This document shows positions 31,627 through 39,397 of a stretch of DNA of 64,000 bases, in pieces. The stretch comes from a virus. Both the position numbers and the translations under genes were made by a program. Location: positions 42,972 to 106,971 of IMG/VR virus record IMGVR_UViG_3300030397_000229; one strand, written 5' to 3'. The notes under the pieces were generated by a model. It had not been told where the DNA came from, searched no databases, and saw only the letters and a list, made by a program, of their open reading frames with translations. Numbering within the stretch: the stretch's first letter is position 1; every line of letters begins with the position of its first letter.

Positions 31627-34364
31627 TGGGACTACTATCACAGATACAGAGACTCATAACTCCTGGTCATAGGGAGGCCATAAAGAAGGTCTTTGAGACC
31701 CTCAAGGCTAAGAGTCCATTCTCTAGTGACAGAGAGGCTCAGTTTGAGGCCAAGCGTCTTGTCAATAGGGTGGTAGATGCACAGGAGGAGAGAGTATTCT
31801 TCCCAGGGCTGGCTGAGTCTGGTGTTAAGATTAGCTCTGACTCTCATAATCAGAATATGGAGGGCGCGTTCATTGACCTCAATGCGCTGTACAAAGAGAC
31901 CTCCAATATAGGTGCTATACAGACACAGCAGACAGAATCGCTGCTTGATGACTTCGCCAAGGCCAGAGCTGCTATATTAAAACTGATCAATGATGCTCGT
32001 GTCTTTGCTATACGCAGCAAGTTCCCTGAATTTGATGACATCAAGCTCGTCAACTTCAATATCAGTAGGAACACATCCAAGGACAGCCCCACTGCACTGG
32101 TCGATCCTGACACTCGAACCCTCAAGCTACCTCAGCTACTAAAGAGGCGTAACCATCTTGAGAGGAGGGGCTTGCGCAAGACGGTTGCTAGTGTTGAGGT
32201 GCTAGGTCAGGGTCAAGTGGGGCAACTAAGCAGGCAGTTTACTCCGAACAGGGCGATAGACTCTAAGCGCGAGAGTTTCTGGGCCGAGGTGATATACTCT
32301 GATGTGGTCTTCCAGACAGTCTACAACAGATATGGCCCAGATGCTACTGGCAGCATGGTAGATATAATCAATGGCCCTGTCATCAGATATAAGCTGTCGT
32401 TCACAAATATCGAGGCCGTCAACCAGATCAAGATTCTCCCCTTTGGTGACTTCCCCATCAAGGTGCTTGAGATTACCTACAGGACTACCAACTCATCTCT
32501 GATCAGGGTTCCTGTTCCTGACTTCGTACAAGAGGAGAGCCTGGACTGGATGGAGTTTAACTTCGATACTGTCTTTGCCGCTGATGTAGAGATAGTATTG
32601 GCTCAGGAGACGTACAGGAATCTTGCTATCAGAGTGCCTAAGAATGTCCTGTTCTCAACTGACTTCTTCCTGAGGCTCATAGAGTCACGTACGAGTGATC
32701 TAAACAACCAGATACCACAGCTAGCTGATGTCAATGTTGGTGGTGTTAGTGCCATCTATGACGAGGCTGTGTCTGACCTGGCCTCTCTAATAGACACCAG
32801 AATACTAGAGAAGACACCGACCACTGAGATAGACCTTGCTGGCAAGACTATACTCTCTATAGGAGAGGCTCTTGTCAACTTCGATCCCTCTCTTGCTGAC
32901 CTGCTAGAAGAAGCCACAGTGTATACTGACAGCCTGCCAAAGCAGTTCCAGAATGAGATAGAGACTCTCAATAAGGTGGAGTATATTGTCGGTGCTCGTG
33001 AGATAGAGGCTAGCTATGTCATATACTCACCTATAGGAAACTATAGCTCTGAGAAGTTTGAGCCTGCTGCTACAGTCACCAATGTAGAGCTAGAGGTAGA
33101 TGAGAGACATCCTGTCTTTAGAGGCCCCTTTGGTGAGTTTAGAAGAACCTCCACTGAGTGGTCTATTGAGTTCTCACCTGAGCGCGTTGTGCCTATCTTC
33201 CCTGTAAATCAGGTAGAAGAAGGCTTCGTTAAGGTCAGAGGAGAGTTCCTAGATGTTAGCACCAATACATTTACGGGGCTGAGTAGATTTAGATCGCAGT
33301 TTGCCTTCGCTAATGTAAGAGAGAACGATGAGCTACTCACACCAGACGTAGACTATGATATGGTGTGGAACGACCAGTTTGAGGGTAGACTGCAGATAGG
33401 AATAAAAGAGGAGCGCTTTGATAGAGGCAAGCTATATACCATAGACTATATAGGCCATCCTCAGTCTACAGCTATAGATGTACTAGAGAAATTCAATGAC
33501 AAGAGGCTTGCCACTCCCGATATATTTGAAAATACTGGTCCTGATAATGACCTTGATCTTAGCTACTTCCCTTATGTCAACTACGGGATCATCAACTCTG
33601 ATGACTTCACCTATGATAGCAACGCAGACGCATGGGAGTACGAAGCACCCACTGGAGCACACACATCTGGCAGAGCCCAGATAACCCCTACCTGGCTACG
33701 AAATGATGGCTCTATTATACAGACACAGACGGGAAGCGTGCTCGTGTCTGGTATATCTGGCCTAGTGGATGGACCAACTGTGTGGAACCAGCTAGATCAG
33801 GACTTCTTTATAGAGCCATATGATTACTTCTTAAAGATAACCGATGTACCTGGAGCTATATTTAATGTCAAGGAGATATTAAATGACGATTCACTGGAGT
33901 TGGAAGATATACCAGTACTGGCTACAGGATTCATAGGAGATGAGATACCATTCTCCTCATTCATAGGAGACATCACCACTGGAGGATACATAAACGTCCC
34001 GTACTCCTTAGAAGTTGTGTACCGCAATGCAGAGCAGATATTCGGATTCGACAACGTGCTATACCAACCTGTTACAGTGCTCGTCGGTGGTACACCTGCC
34101 AAGAACATCACAGACTACCAAAACCTAGAACAACCCGCCTTCACTATAGGTACAGCTGAAGACGGTGAGTTTGAGTTCATCCACGATGGCAAGAAGATAT
34201 TCTTGAATCAGCCTGTTGTCAACACAGAGGTGTTGGTTGACTATAGGTGGTTGACTCAATATGCGAGGGTTAACTGTAGGCTGCGAGCTAATAAGGCAAT
34301 TACTCCCTCTATAACACCTCAGATAAATGAATTAAGAATGCTTATGAATACGACAATCTTGTAA
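31626..34364 (+). CDS. Structural protein, paralog A of local family
   Basis: 912 aa. Shares 'S..HNQNM...DL..LY', 'FWAEV', 'Y..GARE' and the C-terminal 'ITPQI' motif with ORFs at 35034-38690, 39397 and 42834. Confidence 0.6.
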   Translation: MGLLSQIQRLITPGHREAIKKVFETLKAKSPFSSDREAQFEAKRLVNRVVDAQEERVFFPGLAESGVKISSDSHNQNMEGAFIDLNALYKETSNIGAIQTQQTESLLDDFAKARAAILKLINDARVFAIRSKFPEFDDIKLVNFNISRNTSKDSPTALVDPDTRTLKLPQLLKRRNHLERRGLRKTVASVEVLGQGQVGQLSRQFTPNRAIDSKRESFWAEVIYSDVVFQTVYNRYGPDATGSMVDIINGPVIRYKLSFTNIEAVNQIKILPFGDFPIKVLEITYRTTNSSLIRVPVPDFVQEESLDWMEFNFDTVFAADVEIVLAQETYRNLAIRVPKNVLFSTDFFLRLIESRTSDLNNQIPQLADVNVGGVSAIYDEAVSDLASLIDTRILEKTPTTEIDLAGKTILSIGEALVNFDPSLADLLEEATVYTDSLPKQFQNEIETLNKVEYIVGAREIEASYVIYSPIGNYSSEKFEPAATVTNVELEVDERHPVFRGPFGEFRRTSTEWSIEFSPERVVPIFPVNQVEEGFVKVRGEFLDVSTNTFTGLSRFRSQFAFANVRENDELLTPDVDYDMVWNDQFEGRLQIGIKEERFDRGKLYTIDYIGHPQSTAIDVLEKFNDKRLATPDIFENTGPDNDLDLSYFPYVNYGIINSDDFTYDSNADAWEYEAPTGAHTSGRAQITPTWLRNDGSIIQTQTGSVLVSGISGLVDGPTVWNQLDQDFFIEPYDYFLKITDVPGAIFNVKEILNDDSLELEDIPVLATGFIGDEIPFSSFIGDITTGGYINVPYSLEVVYRNAEQIFGFDNVLYQPVTVLVGGTPAKNITDYQNLEQPAFTIGTAEDGEFEFIHDGKKIFLNQPVVNTEVLVDYRWLTQYARVNCRLRANKAITPSITPQINELRMLMNTTIL

Positions 34365-34384
34365 TCCAACACAGGAGGTGTGTT

Positions 34385-34981
34385 ATGCGTGCCCAAATCT
34401 TGGCTCTCTTGTTAATCCTTATTGGATGTGCGAGCCCTAACTTTGGCCCAGCTATAACCGAAGATTTTCGGAGCTTTGGGCCTATAAACGGGGACCCTAT
34501 GGTCAACCTAAGCCCGTTTACCTATGTACTACGCGTAACTAAAGATGGACAGACTTACTTTGGCAAATCATTTATAGTAAATGGCATTATCGTAGGACCA
34601 CAACATATGAACCCGAACCTAGAAGAAGACTATGACATCACGTCAGATAAACCTGATATCTGGCTGTATGGACAGAGCGAGGAAGAAGGCCTCGACCTAT
34701 GTCCACACTATCATGGTGTAGATTCTTGGGTTCACTATCACACCACTCGTGGTGTTGTGAGAATGGTAATTGACAGCTTTCAATCTTGGTACTACATGAC
34801 AAACTGTGAAATTCCAGTGCTACCTGGTGACTCAGGCTCACCAGTATTATGCAATGACCATGAGAAAGTGGTCGGTGTTGTATCAGGGAGAGGTGGCTGG
34901 AAGAGGCCTATAGGTTATATAGCCAAACTAGACCACAAAATATTGTTTGAACTACATAAGGCAAAGAAAGATGATGGGTAG
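34385..34981 (+). CDS. Trypsin-fold serine protease, predicted lipoprotein
   Basis: Lipobox 'LLILIGC'. Catalytic triad candidates H (GPQHM), D (KPDIWL) and S (GDSGSPV). SD AGGAGGTG. Confidence 0.75.
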   Translation: MRAQILALLLILIGCASPNFGPAITEDFRSFGPINGDPMVNLSPFTYVLRVTKDGQTYFGKSFIVNGIIVGPQHMNPNLEEDYDITSDKPDIWLYGQSEEEGLDLCPHYHGVDSWVHYHTTRGVVRMVIDSFQSWYYMTNCEIPVLPGDSGSPVLCNDHEKVVGVVSGRGGWKRPIGYIAKLDHKILFELHKAKKDDG

Positions 34982-35033
34982 ATGTCCTAAATGTGGAGGC
35001 AGAGGCAGATTTTGTACTTGCAGACGTAGATAA
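34971..35033 (+). CDS. 20-aa Cys-rich micro-ORF (MMGRCPKCGGRGRFCTCRRR)
   Basis: Missing from the ORF track. It overlaps the protease stop (ATGATGGGTAG), ends with TAA directly abutting the next ATG (35034), and carries a CPxCG motif. Confidence 0.55.
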   Translation: MMGRCPKCGGRGRFCTCRRR

Positions 35034-36071
35034 ATGGCTGACTTATTTAATACTATAGAGGTTAATCCCACAGATGCTGAGAAACTAAGAAAGCATCTGG
35101 AGTTGATTAAACAATCCCAAGACTCAAGCAGTGAGCTGGGTCAGGCTATAGGTACAGCTGTAGAGCAGTTTAATCAGTTCTTCTTGGACTACGGTAAGCC
35201 ATATTTTACTGCTCATGAGCTGAGATTAAATGAGACACCACAGTCTGAAGTGTACAACGAGAACATGCAGACACTGTCACAAGATATTGACAGACTGTAT
35301 AGCTCTCTAGTGTCAGCTTCTAGCACTACACTAACAGCATATAACTATGCTACCACAGTATCTAATCAAGTTAAGACTAATGCTCAGATTGCAGCATCTA
35401 AAGTACTAGATCTTAACATACTCAATAACTTCACCAAGGGGGCTGTCATAATAGCAGGCGATGACTTTGTCAACGCTGATAAAATTGATGGCTCCTTCGG
35501 TGTTGAAACTAGTAGAGCTGAGCTATTAAATGGTGCTAGCTCTATTACTCTAGCTAGAACAGGCTCGGAGATAGTGAGCACTCCGGACACGAGAATTACA
35601 GTTACTCCAGTACTGCCTGTGACAGCCGGAACTAAGATAGGAACAGATCCTACCCCCTTGAACCTAGAGCGGTTCTATGAGGGTAAGTTCTATGCAGAAA
35701 TAGGAGATATAAGACCTGAGGGAGCTAATCTTAATCTACAATATATAGTAGACCCTCAGAAAATACCAGGTAGAGCAGTAGAAACAACCGTAGACGGTGT
35801 TGTGGATGAAGACAGAAGTACTGAGATATCACCAGAGGAGGCCCTTGCTAGAGCAGATGGCGTGGGTTACTTTGCTATTATCTCTGCTACCGAAGAAGAG
35901 AAGCAGGCCGTTAGACGACGAATGATAGACAACAACCCAGCTACCTTCTGGGAAGCAGAAGTGGTGTTCTCCGCTGAGCCATTGATTGATCCTCTTCAGA
36001 CTGACAGACAGTTCAGTGTGAAGGGTGCTGAGATCTCCAGAAAGGGCGTTGAAGAAGAAGGTAATAACTAA
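35034..36071 (+). CDS. Structural protein, paralog B, fragment 1 (N-terminal)
   Basis: 'SEVYNENMQTLSQDIDRLY' and 'FWEAEV' match the N-terminal half of paralog A. Confidence 0.6.
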   Translation: MADLFNTIEVNPTDAEKLRKHLELIKQSQDSSSELGQAIGTAVEQFNQFFLDYGKPYFTAHELRLNETPQSEVYNENMQTLSQDIDRLYSSLVSASSTTLTAYNYATTVSNQVKTNAQIAASKVLDLNILNNFTKGAVIIAGDDFVNADKIDGSFGVETSRAELLNGASSITLARTGSEIVSTPDTRITVTPVLPVTAGTKIGTDPTPLNLERFYEGKFYAEIGDIRPEGANLNLQYIVDPQKIPGRAVETTVDGVVDEDRSTEISPEEALARADGVGYFAIISATEEEKQAVRRRMIDNNPATFWEAEVVFSAEPLIDPLQTDRQFSVKGAEISRKGVEEEGNN

Positions 36072-36607
36072 TGGTACTAGAGGTAGAAGGCTCGAGGCTT
36101 GCAAACTTCGGTGAAGGCACACAGATCACCATTGATTTCCAAGCAGCTGAGGAGATGGCTAAGAAGTTTGACTTCCAAGGCCGTGACCTGCAGTTGCATG
36201 TAGATTATGAGTTTCCTAATGCCAAGCCAGTTAACTTCGTAGTAATAGACCCAGTACTATTTGGTACGAGTGCCTTCGCAGAGGTTGTTGATGTGGCTAC
36301 ACTGTCAGAGGAAGGGGAGTTCGAGACAGTTGACGGCTTCGAGAATCAAGCCTTCGATAAGGTTCTTACTCCGGAGGCTAATAAAGTAATTGATGATGAC
36401 GTTATATCTAAGACCCTAGCACCATCTCAGTTCGCATATGAGGGACTAGGAGTCTTCGCCTTCCCACTTAGGATAACTACTAAGTTGAGGGTTACCCTCC
36501 TGATGAGAGATCCTGTGCCCAACATCTATGAGCGACTTCATGTACTTACTCAGGAGGTTATAACAGATACTATTGTGTCCAAGAAGAAAAAGAAAGGTCT
36601 GTTTTAA
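36071..36607 (+). CDS. Structural protein, paralog B, fragment 2
   Basis: 'GRDLQLHVDYEFPNAKPVNFVVIDP' aligns by eye with paralog A 'GPVIRYKLSFTNIEAVNQIKILP'. Ends in KKKKKGLF. Confidence 0.6.
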   Translation: MVLEVEGSRLANFGEGTQITIDFQAAEEMAKKFDFQGRDLQLHVDYEFPNAKPVNFVVIDPVLFGTSAFAEVVDVATLSEEGEFETVDGFENQAFDKVLTPEANKVIDDDVISKTLAPSQFAYEGLGVFAFPLRITTKLRVTLLMRDPVPNIYERLHVLTQEVITDTIVSKKKKKGLF

Positions 36608-37954
36608 CCATGAAACTATTTTATACAATCTTAGCTCTGTTTGCATTGGCAGTCGTGGCAGGTGGCCAGACTGTGATGACAGAGATACTACATGTAGATA
36701 CCACAGTAATCTCCCCTGTCCACCCCTACTATGGTACTATACAATCAGCTATTGACGCCGCCGATCACGGGGATACCGTGATGATATATGATGGCGTTTA
36801 CCATGAGAATCTGACTATATTACAGAAGGGTATAACTGTCATTGAAAGAGAGGGCCATACTGTCACAGTGTTTGGCCAACTGCGCGTGACGTACAATAAT
36901 CCGCCTGCCCTGTACTACTATAATATATTTAAAGGCATTGACTTTATCAATCATAATGTCCTAGATACTAGCACAGGAGCAGTCACAGTTCAAGATGGCC
37001 ACATCTTTGATACCGTAGAGAACCCAGTGTTCCTTGAGGACTGTTCTTTTATCAATGGCTCCGTAGGTCTAGCCAGTAACCTAGCAGGTCTTACTATGAA
37101 CGACTGCGGCAGGGTTGTCATAGTAAATTGCGCCTTTAACGGATCTAAGGGCTCACCAGAGTCAGGACCAGGACTTGCAACTAACAATGTAAGTCGCTTT
37201 TATATGTGGTCTAGTCTGTTAGTGGGTGGCATGGGTGCTATAGGCCCCAACAAGGCAGGTGATGGTGCTAGGTTAGATATACACGGAGAGTGTTTTCTTC
37301 AGGGCAATAACTTTATAGGAAGAGATGGTGAGGCAGGCTCTCTGCATACTGGAGGTCCTACTGGCCCAGTGTGCACTGAGGGAGGCAGTGGCGGTCATGG
37401 TTTAGATATCACTGCCCATGTTCTTAGGAGACAGGATAATATATTCACGGGAGGTGCAGCTGGCTTACCAATATCTGCCCCTTGTGTATCTGGCTTGCCT
37501 GGTCTTGGACTCAAGGCTCAGATAACCACTACTGACACTGTGCTGCCAGGGACAGCTAGAGATAACAGATGTGAATCATTCCTAGACGCTGGAGCAACAG
37601 GTGTCTTTGGTAGTAAGGGAGAGCCAGGCGATGTGTTCTTTGTTGTGCGGGCTGACCCTGGTGGTAATGGCTTTGCTTCCTTTCCTCACATAGGACATAG
37701 CTTTATAAAGAACACACAGTCTACAAGGGTTATAGCTGCTGGTGTTGTGGGCAGTGATGGCCAGATGACCACATTCTATAATATCACCCTGCCACATTCC
37801 CCAGCTCTAGGTTTATTCAGTGGTATATTATATGGTACTCACTGTGTTCAGACCGTATTCGTTAACATGGACCCAGCAGGAAATATATTCTACCTAGGAC
37901 CTCCTAATATAGTTACATACTACGACATTCCGTAATGGGTAAGAAGAAAAAGAA
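36581..37954 (+). repeat. 14-bp direct repeat AAGAAGAAAAAGAA flanking the 441-aa gene
   Basis: Identical 14-mers at 36581-36594 and 37941-37954, both encoding poly-Lys. Confidence 0.7.
36610..37935 (+). CDS. Secreted beta-helix (pectin-lyase-like/DUF1565-type) protein inserted within paralog B
   Basis: Signal peptide 'MKLFYTILALFALAVVAGG', motif 'YGTIQSAIDAADHGDTVMIYDGVYHENLTI', Gly-rich repeats. Confidence 0.6.
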   Translation: MKLFYTILALFALAVVAGGQTVMTEILHVDTTVISPVHPYYGTIQSAIDAADHGDTVMIYDGVYHENLTILQKGITVIEREGHTVTVFGQLRVTYNNPPALYYYNIFKGIDFINHNVLDTSTGAVTVQDGHIFDTVENPVFLEDCSFINGSVGLASNLAGLTMNDCGRVVIVNCAFNGSKGSPESGPGLATNNVSRFYMWSSLLVGGMGAIGPNKAGDGARLDIHGECFLQGNNFIGRDGEAGSLHTGGPTGPVCTEGGSGGHGLDITAHVLRRQDNIFTGGAAGLPISAPCVSGLPGLGLKAQITTTDTVLPGTARDNRCESFLDAGATGVFGSKGEPGDVFFVVRADPGGNGFASFPHIGHSFIKNTQSTRVIAAGVVGSDGQMTTFYNITLPHSPALGLFSGILYGTHCVQTVFVNMDPAGNIFYLGPPNIVTYYDIP

Positions 37955-38690
37955 GACCACAGAGGTCATCACCACTGTAGAGACCAAGGTCATTAAGCTG
38001 ACCTATCTACAGACTCTAGCTATATCTAATCAGCTAGCTAGTGCTCAGGATTTAGAGACTGGTGCGCAGGAGGGGGAGTTTGCGCAGGTCTCTGGTGACA
38101 GTGATGGCCCCAGTCCCCTGGCATTTGTGCCTGGATTTGGGATAGGTCTGTTCGGCAAGAAGAAGAAATCTGTCAGTGTCAAGACAGATACTTCAGGATT
38201 GCAGGTCAAGGATCAATGGCTACAGCCATACTTCAATAGAATTAGGTATGGTATAGGCATTAGAGAGCTGACAGCTGCTGCATATACATTTGACCAGAAG
38301 TCTGAGTTTGTGTCAGTGCCATTTGTGTCTCCCAAAGAGATTATCAAGGTACACTGTCTGGTAGACGAGTACATACCACCTCAGTTTGACCAAAATCAGG
38401 CATGGCTAGAGTACTTCATTAGAGTGGAGGGAGAAGAGAACTTCATCAGGATAAACCCACTCAATGCTCCTACTAGATTTGACGAGGCAGGCGAGATCAT
38501 TCCTAAGATCATAAACTTCAACCTGCCTAAGCCTACCACAGCTCAGCTGGAGGACAAGTTTAACACCACTGAGGAGCCTGTCAAGAAGATCCGGTTCAAG
38601 GCGGTACTAACTAGACCTACAGACGGGGATAGTGAGAATATTACTCCTTTGCTAAAGAGCTATAGACTAGTTATGACACCAAGACAGTAA
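37935..38690 (+). CDS. Structural protein, paralog B, fragment 3 (C-terminal)
   Basis: Starts MGKKKKK. 'RYGIGIREL...FVS' and the C-terminal 'ITPLLKSYRLVM' match the C-terminal half of paralogs A and C. Confidence 0.6.
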   Translation: MGKKKKKTTEVITTVETKVIKLTYLQTLAISNQLASAQDLETGAQEGEFAQVSGDSDGPSPLAFVPGFGIGLFGKKKKSVSVKTDTSGLQVKDQWLQPYFNRIRYGIGIRELTAAAYTFDQKSEFVSVPFVSPKEIIKVHCLVDEYIPPQFDQNQAWLEYFIRVEGEENFIRINPLNAPTRFDEAGEIIPKIINFNLPKPTTAQLEDKFNTTEEPVKKIRFKAVLTRPTDGDSENITPLLKSYRLVMTPRQ

Positions 38691-38691
38691 T

Positions 38692-38922
38692 ATGAACCTA
38701 CATGACATAGAAAGAAAATATTTCACCAAGGATCAGAAGAAGCAGATAGATGAATTTAAGCTTGCCCATAAAGAGTGTCGAGATAGTATTGGATATCAAG
38801 GACTAGGAGCTGCTGACTGCTTTTCTTACATATTTACGCATGGATCAATAGGTGATTATAATTCAATAATTTGTAGTGTATGCAATACAAAAGAAGACAT
38901 AACTGACGTAGACGTTTGGTAG
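38692..38922 (+). CDS. Small conserved phage protein (C-terminal CxxC)
   Basis: 76 aa with 'F..GSIG...IICSVC...EDITD..W' pattern, common in phage genomes as I recall it. AT-rich. Confidence 0.6.
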   Translation: MNLHDIERKYFTKDQKKQIDEFKLAHKECRDSIGYQGLGAADCFSYIFTHGSIGDYNSIICSVCNTKEDITDVDVW

Positions 38923-38923
38923 A

Positions 38924-39397
38924 ATGAATACTAACAGAATTCCCTTAAAAGATAGGATATTAAACAAGTTAGTTGAAGATCCTAATGGATGTATGATATG
39001 GCAAGGATATACTATCGAAGGATATGGCAGAATCAACGAAGGTGGTAAATTTAGCAAAAAGATATTAGTTCATAGGGCGCTTTGGGAGATCTATAATGGC
39101 CCCATCCCGGAAGGTAAGCTTGTCAGACATACCTGTGATAATAGAAGATGCTGCAACCTAAAACATCTGATACTAGGTACACATCAAGATAATTCACGAG
39201 ATGCGGTTTCCAGAGGTAGGATAGTTGCACATAAGGGCGAGGCTCATCATAACTCTAAGCTAACTAAAGAAGACATCTTAAGTATACGCAGATTGTATAA
39301 AGACGGCAAATCGCTCACAGAATTAGGAAAAGACTTCGATGTGACCATGCAAAATATATACTTAATCGTGAACAAAAAATCCTGGAGTCATATATAA
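38924..39397 (+). mobile_element. Free-standing HNH homing endonuclease (HNH_3 type with C-terminal HTH-like DNA-binding region)
   Basis: 'CMIWQG...GYGRI...VHRALWEIYNGPIPEGKLVRHTCDNRRCCNLKHLILGTHQDN...KGEAHHNSKLT'. A-run-rich composition unlike its flanks. Confidence 0.9.

Noticed and set aside
36060-36080. Programmed -1 frameshift fusing paralog B fragments 1 and 2
   Set aside because: No slippery heptamer, and the downstream frame has a TAA two codons before its ATG. It is an ordinary TAATG coupling.
36605-37937. Group I intron interpretation of the insert (upstream exon ends in U, insert ends in G)
   Set aside because: The 441-aa ORF fills all but 5 nt of the insert, leaving no room for a ribozyme core. 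No P7-like elements were seen and the ORF is not a homing endonuclease.
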